Source: Candidatus Bathyarchaeota archaeon
Lineage (GTDB): Archaea > Thermoproteota > Bathyarchaeia > Bathyarchaeales > Bathycorpusculaceae
Reading direction: 5' to 3'
DNA length: 64,000 bases
NCBI GenBank assembly: GCA_963767735.1
Contig: CAVYES010000002.1
Location: 128,001 to 192,000 of the forward strand
Every line of letters starts with the position of its first letter. The stretch's first letter is position 1. The position numbers were made by a program, and so were the translations under genes. The notes beneath the pieces were generated by a model. It was not told where the DNA came from, did no database searches, and saw only the letters and a program-made list of their open reading frames with translations. This document shows positions 11,401-19,790 of the stretch, piece by piece.

Positions 11401-11745
11401 AATGACTTCCCAATTCTCACTCTAGATGCTTCCTATTTGAAGAGGATAATGACGAATTTAATTTCAAATGCTCTTCAAGCTATACCGAAGGAAGGAAAAC
11501 TTACAGTTGATGCCTTCTGCCAAAATGGTAGTGCAGTGATTAGCGTTGCAGACACTGGTGTAGGCATTTCTGATGAAGTCAAGGATAAGATTTTCACGCC
11601 TTTGTTCACTACTAAGTCTAAAGGGCAAGGTTTCGGTTTACCGGTAATCAAAAGATTAACGGAATCTATGGGTGGAACCGTAACTTTTGATAGCGAAAAA
11701 GGAAAAGGCGCAAAGTTCACCATCAAATTCCCCATTTCCCAATAA
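8446..11745 (+). CDS. CheB-CheR-coiled coil-PAS-histidine kinase fusion protein
   Basis: CheB GASAGG/VQH/LSGTGSDG; CheR VTDFFRE, PGCSTGEE, CRNLLIY; EELQSANEEL heptads; H-box HDIRNPL; N box NALQA, G boxes DTGVG and GQGFGL. Confidence 0.93.
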   Translation: MADRKGIIVSKTKKKQESRKNEARSSQVKPIFPIAGLGASAGGLEAIKKLLESLPQDTGLAFVIVQHLATNQESMLPEILARSTQMPVNKIEDGMVIEPNQVYVIPAGKNVTVENGHLNLEPKGISLKPIDEFLCSLALERKTHAIGIVLSGTGSDGTEGLRAVKAEGGITFVQDLKSAQYPDMPKSAIAAEVVDFVRSPEQIAEELCSIAKHPEITRQKINLEEPKPQEAENNLQTIFTLLQSSFGVNFANYKKTTIDRRISRRMILNKIENVNKYVAYLRGHREEQQALFNDMLISVTDFFREPNTFLALKEKVFPDLVEKKQSNQTIRVWIPGCSTGEEVYSIAMALTEFLEEKGLAFPILIFGTDVNAKNIEKARRGIYLKSIENVISQDRLKRFFTDSNGNYQVAKRIRDKCVFAKHDIMQDPPFSNMDLIVCRNLLIYLEPSPQERVMATLNYALKPEGYLVLGESESVGKFTSLFEPLTKRGVIFKKKGGQPKAELPMQAPNPFSKEMGALNLPKKADAQALLKDEVDKLLLTQFAPATLLVNDNSDILAVRGQVNPYVSIEPGTPSFNVGKMVRKDLRPTVQTALYRAKKVGKDVKEIVHLEHDGGQKTVSLHVKPIKLSNYEEPFFLILFEEKEKAAVEVQTTKPTSPRDVLVKAKDQQIRELSEDLESTKQTLQTVIEQQEAINEELRSANEEIQSSNEELMSTNEELETSKEELQSANEELTTLNDELKQRNGMLKELNEDLANLMSNVDTAVVIVGSDFKIKRFTASAQELLRLIPEDVGHSILGIRLGIPTEELEKPLSSVIAKNEVVRAEINAGKDRWYQMRIRPFITEEKKIGGAVLSFVDVSEIKTLSHQVKEQADKLVQSEILATVGKTAGMVGHDIRNPLQAITSDVYLAKNELASMPESDEKKNALESLTEIEENTEYINKIVADLQDYARILMPQFTKVNVEKVFQEVLSSVTIPKDVAVSYSIANDFPILTLDASYLKRIMTNLISNALQAIPKEGKLTVDAFCQNGSAVISVADTGVGISDEVKDKIFTPLFTTKSKGQGFGLPVIKRLTESMGGTVTFDSEKGKGAKFTIKFPISQ

Positions 11746-11933
11746 ACCGCTTCAGCGTACCTAAATTTTTTGACAACAAAACGTAATTCAGGACATCACA
11801 TCAACATAAACAACTCATGTCCCCGCGCAAGACCGAACCAAGCAAGAGACTGCTCAGAATTCCAAGCGTTCTTGATTGGAGATGTAGTTAACAAATAAAT
11901 ACATGCAAAACTTAACGAACGAAGGCACATGGA

Positions 11934-12632
11934 GTGAAAAGCTTGCCAACATTGGTTGAAGCGGTAAACCTTGCGAAAACTTACATGCTTGGAAAAGTCC
12001 CCGTGGAAGCACTCCGAGGAGTTAACCTCAAAGTTGAAGCTGGAGACTTCGTTTCCATTCTTGGGCCATCCGGAAGCGGCAAATCAACGATGCTGAACCT
12101 AATCGGCGCGTTAGACAAGCCAACCTCAGGCAAGCTTTTAATTGACGGCGTTGACATCTCAAAACTCAACGATAACCAACTGGCTGATTTGCGCAGGCGG
12201 ATCGGTTTTGTTTTCCAATTTTTCAATTTAATTCCACGATTAACCGCGAAAGACAACGTTGAATTGTCAATGGCTATTGCCGATATGAATAAGGCAGAGC
12301 GAAGAAAAAGAGCGGTGGAGCTTCTTGAAACTGTAGGCTTGAAAGAACGCGTAAACCATAAGCCTGCTGAACTGAGCGGTGGACAGCAGCAACGCGTCGC
12401 GATTGCACGCGCTTTGGCAAACAAACCTAGATTTCTTTTGCTGGATGAACCGACTGGAAACATTGACTCCAAAACGGCAAGCGAGGTTCTGGTTTTAATC
12501 AAGAAGTTGAATGTTGAAAGTAACGTCAGCATCATTATGGTTACTCATGATCAGCATTTAGCTCGTGAAGCGAAAAGAACTGTACAGATGTTTGATGGTC
12601 AAATAACATCCGAAGTGGCGAACCAACCATGA
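11934..12632 (+). CDS. ABC transporter ATP-binding protein (LolD/MacB-type)
   Basis: GPSGSGKST, FQFFNL, LSGGQQQR, LDEPTG, VTHD. Confidence 0.93.
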   Translation: MKSLPTLVEAVNLAKTYMLGKVPVEALRGVNLKVEAGDFVSILGPSGSGKSTMLNLIGALDKPTSGKLLIDGVDISKLNDNQLADLRRRIGFVFQFFNLIPRLTAKDNVELSMAIADMNKAERRKRAVELLETVGLKERVNHKPAELSGGQQQRVAIARALANKPRFLLLDEPTGNIDSKTASEVLVLIKKLNVESNVSIIMVTHDQHLAREAKRTVQMFDGQITSEVANQP

Positions 12633-13960
12633 GAACAGTGGATATTTTCGGTTACTCTTTCAGCTCAATTAAACTCCGCAAGCTCAGAGCAGCATTGACC
12701 ATTTTGGGCGTAGTCATAGGCATCGCCGCCATAGTAGCGTTGCTCTCCATCACCCAGGGTTTGCAGTCAACTATAACTACCCAACTTCAGAAAGGACTGT
12801 CAACCAACACGTTAATTGTCACTCCAGGACAAAATGCTTTATCGCAAGCCACCAGCACCGGAAGCGGTAAAGGCCTTGGCAGCCGTGGGGCAGGCGGAGG
12901 CGGCTTAGGTTTAGGCGGTTCAGGCGCAAGCAGTTCTGGCTTCAACCTGTACGTCAATTATACTCAAGTTATCGACGGTTTGTCGCCTGAGATAGCGGGC
13001 TCGTTTGCCGTGATAGAACGGGCGGGTTACGTTGACGCTGGCGGGGTCAATTCTTCAGTTACTATTTACGGTGTTGATTTTGCCCAGTACGCTCAGCAGT
13101 ACAGTAAAACTTTTGTGGCTGCGTCAGGAACCATCCCGTTGAACCCCTCCGACAACGAGACAGTTGTTGGAACACTCGTAAATAATCCTGGACAAAACGG
13201 CACACTCCTCTTCAGCGCAGGCAACGACATTGGCATCGTATGGACTAACGGTACAACGCTTCCAGTCGTAAACGAAACTTACACGGCGCAGGTTTCAGCA
13301 GTGCTTCAAAGAATCGGCGGCTTCGGCCTTGGCGGACCTTCAGATTCAGGCGTTTATATTCCGCTAAGTCAGGCTGAGAGCTTTTTTGGAACTGACCAAT
13401 GTAACATGATAATTGTTCAGCTGAAAAGCAGCGATAACGCGACGATTACAGATGTTTCTAAGGCTATTACCAATTATTTTGGCGGTCAAGTATCCGTTAT
13501 TTCGTCAACGGCGGTTTTAAGTTTGCTCTCAACCGTATTCGGAACCATACAATTGTTCCTAGGCGGCATAGCTGCTATCTCCCTGTTAGTGGCAGGCATC
13601 GCGATAATGAACATAATGATAGTGTCGTTGATTGAGCGCACACGTGAAATTGGCATACTGAAAGCGTTAGGGATGAAAAGCCGAACCGTACTAACCATCT
13701 TCCTAGGCGAATCAGTTATAATCGGGGTAATCGGCGCATTAGTCGGCATAGCATTAGGCTGGATATTAGCGAACATTGTTGCGAAGCTTTTAGCTTCAGG
13801 AACCTTCGGCGGAAACGGATTCGTGGTGACACCGCTTTTGACTCCGGAAGTGTTTGTGGGCGCTTTAGGTTTCGGTATAGGAGTCAGCGTAATCTTCGCG
13901 CTGTACCCGGCGTGGCGTGCCTCTAAGCTCAAACCCGTAGAAGCTTTAAGATACGAATAG
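12629..13960 (+). CDS. MacB/FtsX-family ABC permease
   Basis: N-terminal TM, large extracellular domain, IMNIM..S..ERTREIGILKALG, PAWRASKLKPVEALRYE. Confidence 0.92.
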   Translation: MRTVDIFGYSFSSIKLRKLRAALTILGVVIGIAAIVALLSITQGLQSTITTQLQKGLSTNTLIVTPGQNALSQATSTGSGKGLGSRGAGGGGLGLGGSGASSSGFNLYVNYTQVIDGLSPEIAGSFAVIERAGYVDAGGVNSSVTIYGVDFAQYAQQYSKTFVAASGTIPLNPSDNETVVGTLVNNPGQNGTLLFSAGNDIGIVWTNGTTLPVVNETYTAQVSAVLQRIGGFGLGGPSDSGVYIPLSQAESFFGTDQCNMIIVQLKSSDNATITDVSKAITNYFGGQVSVISSTAVLSLLSTVFGTIQLFLGGIAAISLLVAGIAIMNIMIVSLIERTREIGILKALGMKSRTVLTIFLGESVIIGVIGALVGIALGWILANIVAKLLASGTFGGNGFVVTPLLTPEVFVGALGFGIGVSVIFALYPAWRASKLKPVEALRYE

Positions 13961-13985
13961 CACATACAACTAACGAGGAGTTCCC

Positions 13986-14435
13986 ATGAAGCGGTTATAC
14001 CCTGATCAGCCAGTTGTAGGCGTTGGCGCAGTAATAGTCGATAACGGCAAGATTGGGCTTATAAAACGAGGCAACGAACCCAGCAGAGGAAAATGGACAA
14101 TTCCAGGCGGCTTAGTTGAGCTTGCTGAAAGCCCCGAGCAGGCGGTTGTCCGAGAAGCCAAAGAGGAAACTGGTCTCGACGTTGAAAACCCAGTTTTAGT
14201 TGACGTGGTCAGCAATGTTGATTTGGATGAAAACGGCAAAGTCAAATACCATTATGTCATCATCGAATATTTTGTGCATGTAAAAGCAGGAACAGCTCAA
14301 GCTTTAAGCGACGCCGCGGAGCTACGTTGGGTTCCCTTCAGAGAAGTCGAAGATTACGATTTAACAAGGTCATTTAGACTTTTCTTCACCAACAATAGGG
14401 AAAAACTAGAAAAAGCAAACTCGTATAAACCTTAA
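13986..14435 (+). CDS. NUDIX hydrolase (ADP-ribose pyrophosphatase/MutT-like)
   Basis: Nudix box GGLVELAESPEQAVVREAKEETGL. Confidence 0.92.
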   Translation: MKRLYPDQPVVGVGAVIVDNGKIGLIKRGNEPSRGKWTIPGGLVELAESPEQAVVREAKEETGLDVENPVLVDVVSNVDLDENGKVKYHYVIIEYFVHVKAGTAQALSDAAELRWVPFREVEDYDLTRSFRLFFTNNREKLEKANSYKP

Positions 14436-14556
14436 ATGGCATGAAGAGCCGCAAGTTTACTGCACAATCAACTTAAGACTTAAATTAGAAATCATTGATT
14501 AGTAGCCTAATTTTCAGGATACGTTCTTAAATAACTAGTAGAGAATAAAATATTGG

Positions 14557-15156
14557 TTGAATGAGGGAAAAATATTGACCGCAGACTATCTTTTCATAGT
14601 TAGGCATGGAGAAACCGAAGCTAACGAAAAAGGAATAGAGGCAGGCCCATTGGATTACCCCTTGACTAAGAGGGGCGTGAGAGGAGCGTTGTTCATCGCC
14701 AAGACCCTCTCGAAAGTAAAGATAAATGCCGTTTACAGCAGTCCAGTGTTTCGCGCCCACGAAACTGCAAAAATTCTGGCGCGCCCTCATAAGGTGAAGG
14801 TGAAAACTCTTGAGGAACTGACTGAAGCAAAAATCAAACCCGAATTCGTAGGCAAAAAGGGCCGACATCACATACTAACCACCCCTGAAGCCTTCACAGA
14901 GACAAACAATGATCTTCTAGAACGAACAAGTAAAGCCATCGAAATCATCAAAAAAGAAGCTGAAGGAAACGTGATTATGGTTTCCCACGGCGACGTGATA
15001 ACCGCTTTGCTTGAAGGTGTGGTCGAAAGAAAAGTCAGCACCGAGAAATACTACGTTCTCGACCCTTATCCCGCCGCACTAAGCATAGTTGAAATCAAAA
15101 ATAGACCGCAACTTATCCTATACAATTATCATCGTAAGATGTTCGCCGACTTCTAA
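14557..15156 (+). CDS. Histidine phosphatase family protein
   Basis: VRHGET, YSSP..RA.ETA, VSHG motifs. Confidence 0.9.
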   Translation: MNEGKILTADYLFIVRHGETEANEKGIEAGPLDYPLTKRGVRGALFIAKTLSKVKINAVYSSPVFRAHETAKILARPHKVKVKTLEELTEAKIKPEFVGKKGRHHILTTPEAFTETNNDLLERTSKAIEIIKKEAEGNVIMVSHGDVITALLEGVVERKVSTEKYYVLDPYPAALSIVEIKNRPQLILYNYHRKMFADF

Positions 15157-15195
15157 TTCTCGACTCTGATAGGTTTGCTGTAAAAAACAGTTAAA

Positions 15196-16581
15196 ATGGA
15201 GCAAACAACTTTAGTGAACATGGCTCAAGAAGTTCCTGACGATTTAAAGGATTTAATCGTGCGTTTTGTACGAATTTATAGCGGCGTCACTGATTTAGCG
15301 CTTGATCATTACCTGAATCCTAAACCGTGGTTTATGCCGCTGAACAGTATCTTGGCGAAAAGAGAAGCTGCCCACTATTTTTTGCTTGCCGCATCGCTTA
15401 GCGACAATAGGCTTACAGGAAACCCAAGAAACATCCGAATCCTGCTCTACCATCTTTACAGCAGACTCGGAGGCAAACTATACACCACAAAAATCCCAGT
15501 GGAATTCACAGGTGAAATTCGGAAATTTGAGCAGGACATAAAAAAGCTAGATCAACTGGGAGAAGCAAAGGATGAGATTCCAGAAATATTATCCTCAGTC
15601 AACCGATTCATAGAACAGAGAGCTCATGGCGACTTAATTGAATATACAACTATGCTGAGTCAAAAAGGAAACAAGCCCAAAGACTTTGTTGAGGAACTAA
15701 TGTATAAGGTAAAAAGAATGAATAAACACCATAAAGCAAAGTCTTGGCTGTATCTTCGTTGGATGACTCGAGGTCCACCTGACTTAGGGCTTTTCCCGTA
15801 TAACCCTAAAGATTTGATGGTGCCACTTAGCACGCCTAAATTCAGAGTTTACGCTTCTTTGGGTCTTAGTGATAACGAGAATTTACCTTTCCAATTAAAC
15901 GCCAAAAATAAACCGGAAAGCTGGTGGAACGGCACTGCAGAATTTGATGATGACGCAAACAGGTTAACTAGTTTTGCCCGCTCTCTTTTTCCCGATGATC
16001 CAGCCAAAGTAGATTTTCCCTTCTTTATCTTAGGTACCTGGCTCGAAAATTCTGACTTAACACCTGTTTCTTTAGAGAGGTCTCTGCGTTTTTTCATTCA
16101 GAAATATCAGGAATTGCTTCAGCCACTTATGCGATACTTAACTGTCGTTTCTCACTACAATAAAGCGGGCGAAGAATTTGAGCTTGGAGTGTTTACCGGG
16201 TTAGAAAAAAATGTTTATGATTTTTTAAAGAACAAACAAGTGACGTTTAACTACGAGTTTATGGAATTTCGCTTATCAAAAGAAAACCCAACAACAGACC
16301 GATCTCTAACCTACAAACCAGACTTTCTATTGCCGCAACTTACAGATAAAGGCAGAAAGATTTTGCTTGAACCCCACGGAGTCAAAAACAACCTCAAAGG
16401 ATTCCTATACAAGCTCTCAACATTCCGAAAACTCTACGGCGACTACTTCTGCCTCATCCTAGTTGTTCCAGACGATTTCATTGAGGCAATCGATAAGCTT
16501 GATCCGAAGCATTTGGCGTATGACTATATTTGGAAACAAAGCGAATACAAACGCAAATATGAAAAACTTCAAAATTCATAA
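15196..16581 (+). CDS. DUF2400/TIGR02757-like HhH domain fused to a C-terminal PD-(D/E)XK-type nuclease domain
   Basis: LYLRWMTR..PDLGL, VPLSTP.FRV..SLGL and FPDDPAKVDFPFFILG resemble DUF2400; C-terminal FNYE...YKPDFLL...ILLEPHG resembles a PD-(D/E)XK core. Confidence 0.7.
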   Translation: MEQTTLVNMAQEVPDDLKDLIVRFVRIYSGVTDLALDHYLNPKPWFMPLNSILAKREAAHYFLLAASLSDNRLTGNPRNIRILLYHLYSRLGGKLYTTKIPVEFTGEIRKFEQDIKKLDQLGEAKDEIPEILSSVNRFIEQRAHGDLIEYTTMLSQKGNKPKDFVEELMYKVKRMNKHHKAKSWLYLRWMTRGPPDLGLFPYNPKDLMVPLSTPKFRVYASLGLSDNENLPFQLNAKNKPESWWNGTAEFDDDANRLTSFARSLFPDDPAKVDFPFFILGTWLENSDLTPVSLERSLRFFIQKYQELLQPLMRYLTVVSHYNKAGEEFELGVFTGLEKNVYDFLKNKQVTFNYEFMEFRLSKENPTTDRSLTYKPDFLLPQLTDKGRKILLEPHGVKNNLKGFLYKLSTFRKLYGDYFCLILVVPDDFIEAIDKLDPKHLAYDYIWKQSEYKRKYEKLQNS

Positions 16582-16694
16582 AGATTTGCATTCTGCCGCG
16601 TGCTGAAAATTTTGTCTCCCACCTGCTGCACAATAACTGTGAAAAAGACCACAGTGTGCAAAGCCAAAGTGCCCAATGCATCTGTCCGCCTAAT

Positions 16695-18155
16695 TTAATT
16701 TATATCTTTAAAGAACAGCCGTGTCTCCCCCATTGTTTTGATGTCTAGGGCTCGGACGCGTGCTACAATAGGAAAGTCACTTACGACTTTGCCAAGTGTG
16801 AGGCAATGGTGGGGTGGCAGATCACGGGCGATCGAACGTACAGTTTCCGCATCCACGCGGGCAGCTCGGCTTACAACGTCTAAGTCGTGTTCGTTAGTGA
16901 AGTTGAAGAGAAAAATGTTGTCGGCTTGGCGATAAATCGTTTCTTGAATCGTGTCAGGCTGGTTCGTAATGAAGGTGGTGAATATGCCGAAGTGACGCAT
17001 ACGCGTTACGATGTCATCCCAGTAAGTCTCTCTTAGATAGAGATGAGCTTCTTCTGCGAAAAGAAATACTGCTTTCAGCTTCCAATTCGAGAGGGAATCA
17101 ACAAGTTTTCCAAGAGCGTATTCAACTACGATTTGTCGGTCGATGTTCGAGGTGTTTTTCAGGTTTATGACGATTGCGCCGCCTTGATCCTTGGCTTTCA
17201 AGATGCTTTCATCCAGCAATGTTGCTTCACCTGGAGCGTCGGTGAAGAAGCCTGAGTTAGCAAGGGAATGGAACCGTGAGGCTAACGCGTCGCGGACATG
17301 CTGGTTGCAGTTTAAATCGCGAATCGCCTCGCCTAGTTCCTGCATGTTCAATTTTCCTTTTTCCTTAAGCATCTTCCATATGCGACGGAACTCACGCGCT
17401 GAAGTCCCAGGCAAATGCAGTGCATTGACCAGTATGCCCATTACCGTGTTTAGGTGGAGCTGTTCGAGGGCTACTTTGAAGTTCTGCCCCGGAGTCAGGG
17501 TGTGAATTTTGTCGTAGTACATGTTTCTTTTGCCGTCATTACTCATGCCTAAGCTAGTGTATTCGCCGTTTAAGTCAAAAATGACGACAGTTGCCCTGTA
17601 ACCAACCAGGTTAACCATCAACAGCTTTGATAGATGGGATTTGCCGCAGCCTTTCTTGCCCGTTATGATATTTAACGTTCCATCTATTGCTGAAGCATCA
17701 ATCGTTAAAAGCGATGAGTCTTTGGTGCCGCCCAAAATTATGGGAAGTTTACCATCAACCTTTGCCAGTTTCATAAGCATGGGAATGGACAGTTTTTTGA
17801 TGGTTGATTGCGAACGGCTTGGAAGCCAACTGCTGCTTGGACTAAGCACTCCATTTTCCAACGTTGCCCTAATCTTGCAAATCAGCAAGCTAGCGTCTTG
17901 GATGTAAGTTATGTGGGGAGCGATTTCCATGGGGTCAATGTCTTCGCCCTGCAAGGGTTCGCCACCGTCCGGAAGAGTCCGCAAAAGCTCCTCAAGCACT
18001 CCGGGAACCGCTGCAAACTGAACATCGATGACCTGCGCAATCAAGGCTTTGGCGGCGTCTTGGTCTTCGACGAGTAGGTAGTCGCCTTTTTCAGCGCTCT
18101 CCGTTGGGAAACTGATGATTTGCAGCATGTTGCCTTCTTTTCTGTAGAGTTTCAT
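16695..18155 (-). CDS. herA: HerA-family ATPase/helicase
   Basis: N-terminal HAS-barrel-like region, Walker A GKKGCGKS, DLNGEY, Walker B FAEEAH, RMRHFG, ITNQP. Confidence 0.88.
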   Translation of the reverse strand: MKLYRKEGNMLQIISFPTESAEKGDYLLVEDQDAAKALIAQVIDVQFAAVPGVLEELLRTLPDGGEPLQGEDIDPMEIAPHITYIQDASLLICKIRATLENGVLSPSSSWLPSRSQSTIKKLSIPMLMKLAKVDGKLPIILGGTKDSSLLTIDASAIDGTLNIITGKKGCGKSHLSKLLMVNLVGYRATVVIFDLNGEYTSLGMSNDGKRNMYYDKIHTLTPGQNFKVALEQLHLNTVMGILVNALHLPGTSAREFRRIWKMLKEKGKLNMQELGEAIRDLNCNQHVRDALASRFHSLANSGFFTDAPGEATLLDESILKAKDQGGAIVINLKNTSNIDRQIVVEYALGKLVDSLSNWKLKAVFLFAEEAHLYLRETYWDDIVTRMRHFGIFTTFITNQPDTIQETIYRQADNIFLFNFTNEHDLDVVSRAARVDAETVRSIARDLPPHHCLTLGKVVSDFPIVARVRALDIKTMGETRLFFKDIN

Positions 18156-19231
18156 GCGTAGATTTCCCCCGAGCCGAACGGACCAAAAAGCAGCCGATGC
18201 ATGTCTGGGCGGTTTATCATTTGTATGCCGTGTTTGCGTGTGATGAAGTGTTTGATGGCTAAGACTTCGTTAGCGGTGAAGGTACAGAGGATATGTGATA
18301 ACCTCAAAGTTTCAGGGTAGCTTTGCTTGTAGAGATCGTTACCGATTAACTTCTGCAAAGCAGCCATTCTCTGCTCTGACGGGGTTTCTTTATCAATATC
18401 TAAACGAAACGCAAAATTTGCCTTGTTTAAACGCGCAACATAAACATCGCCCAGCAGCGTTATCGGCGGTTTAAAATGTACACCTGTGGTTTCAAGCAGG
18501 TAGGGCGGGTCATGGTTTGGCAGCTGCTCAGTTATCAGGATGCCGTTAGCTCTAAGAGTTGTTGCTTTTGAGAATGCAAGAACGGTGCTGTCGTTTCTTC
18601 TTGCATAACCCAGAATTTCCCTGAGGCGCTGAACAGGTGTATCGATTGTGCCAGAGATTAAGGAGCCGTCAAAGAGGATTACGCCATGGCTCACGGTTTT
18701 GGCAAGCATAGTTTGCAGCCACCTCTCCAATAAGCCGGCAAGTCGCATGGGCATCTGCATGATGTTTGGGGCGGCTTGGTGGCTGGCTCCATAGCTGGTG
18801 CTGAAATAAGCGTGTTCCAGCGTATTGTAGAGAGCGTTTTTGTTTTCCTCTGTTATGTGGAATATGAATGGCCCGAGGCGCGTGTACTTGTAGCTTTGGT
18901 TTTGGCGCCACGTGGTTGCTCCCCTGATGGCCACGATTATGCCGGTGCTTGTTTCGCCTATTTTTATGGTTGAGGTGTCTATGGCGGCGATTAGGGTTTC
19001 TTGGTGGTCTGGTTTTATGGGGATTGATTGTGGTTTTAGTTGTATGCTGGAGGGGTATTGTTCGGTTACGCTGAATTGTTGCAGGTTTTGGGGGTTTAGT
19101 TGGAAGGGTTGGTGCTGGACTTGTTTTAGGGAGTGGAGGCTTTGTTCTAGGAAGCGTTGTGGGAGTGTTGTGTCGATGGTTGGTTGTGGAAAGTTATATT
19201 TGTCAGTAATTGTATATTGTTCAATCACCAT
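18152..19231 (-). CDS. nurA: NurA-family 5'-3' nuclease
   Basis: AAIDTS, LFDGSL, AFSK, YPETLRLSH motifs; 4-nt overlap with herA. Confidence 0.85.
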   Translation of the reverse strand: MVIEQYTITDKYNFPQPTIDTTLPQRFLEQSLHSLKQVQHQPFQLNPQNLQQFSVTEQYPSSIQLKPQSIPIKPDHQETLIAAIDTSTIKIGETSTGIIVAIRGATTWRQNQSYKYTRLGPFIFHITEENKNALYNTLEHAYFSTSYGASHQAAPNIMQMPMRLAGLLERWLQTMLAKTVSHGVILFDGSLISGTIDTPVQRLREILGYARRNDSTVLAFSKATTLRANGILITEQLPNHDPPYLLETTGVHFKPPITLLGDVYVARLNKANFAFRLDIDKETPSEQRMAALQKLIGNDLYKQSYPETLRLSHILCTFTANEVLAIKHFITRKHGIQMINRPDMHRLLFGPFGSGEIYA

Positions 19232-19233
19232 GA

Positions 19234-19299
19234 TTCACCAATATTCAATATCTTATTGGTGAAATATTTAAATATTGTGCATGCGCATCTTGCACAATA
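19234..19299. promoter_or_regulatory. Divergent promoter with a palindromic TATA and two flanking inverted repeats
   Basis: TTCACCAATA-N10-TATTGGTGAA (19234-19263); AATATTTAAATATT palindrome (19263-19276); TATTGTGCA-N9-TGCACAATA (19273-19299). Confidence 0.6.
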
Positions 19300-19320
19300 C
19301 AATATGCAACAAGTGAGAAC

Positions 19321-19728
19321 TTGACAGAAAAACAGCAAAACCCACCAATACGCGTAAAAATGAAAATCGGCGACATAGAATTCGAAATCGAAGCTCAACC
19401 AGACCAAATCCAAACCGCCGTAGACAGAATACTCGCCACAGTCACCGAACGACTAAAAAACACAAACCTCGCCCAAGTAGCCGAACGCCCAGCCCCACCA
19501 CCCAGAGCAGAAACATGCAAAGGCATAATCCAAAAACTCTGGGAAGAAAACTGGTTCAGCGAACCAAAAGGCCTAGACGACGTTCACACTGAACTCGCTA
19601 GACGCGGATTCCACTACGACCGCACCGCCGTAGCACACGCACTAGTAGACCTAGTCAAAGACAACATACTCACACGCTTAGGCAAACCACGACGATACCA
19701 ATACGCACAAAAAAGACCCCCAATTTAA
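19321..19728 (+). CDS. Putative winged-HTH DNA-binding protein
   Basis: N-terminal KIGDIEFEIE beta segment; C-terminal LWEENWFSEPK..DV..EL..RG..Y......AL..LV....L.R.G..RRYQY wHTH pattern. Confidence 0.65.
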   Translation: MTEKQQNPPIRVKMKIGDIEFEIEAQPDQIQTAVDRILATVTERLKNTNLAQVAERPAPPPRAETCKGIIQKLWEENWFSEPKGLDDVHTELARRGFHYDRTAVAHALVDLVKDNILTRLGKPRRYQYAQKRPPI

Positions 19729-19790
19729 CATTTGCAAAAATCCCGAAGCAGTTGCCAAATTTTAAATAACAATTTTATATAATACAGTTT

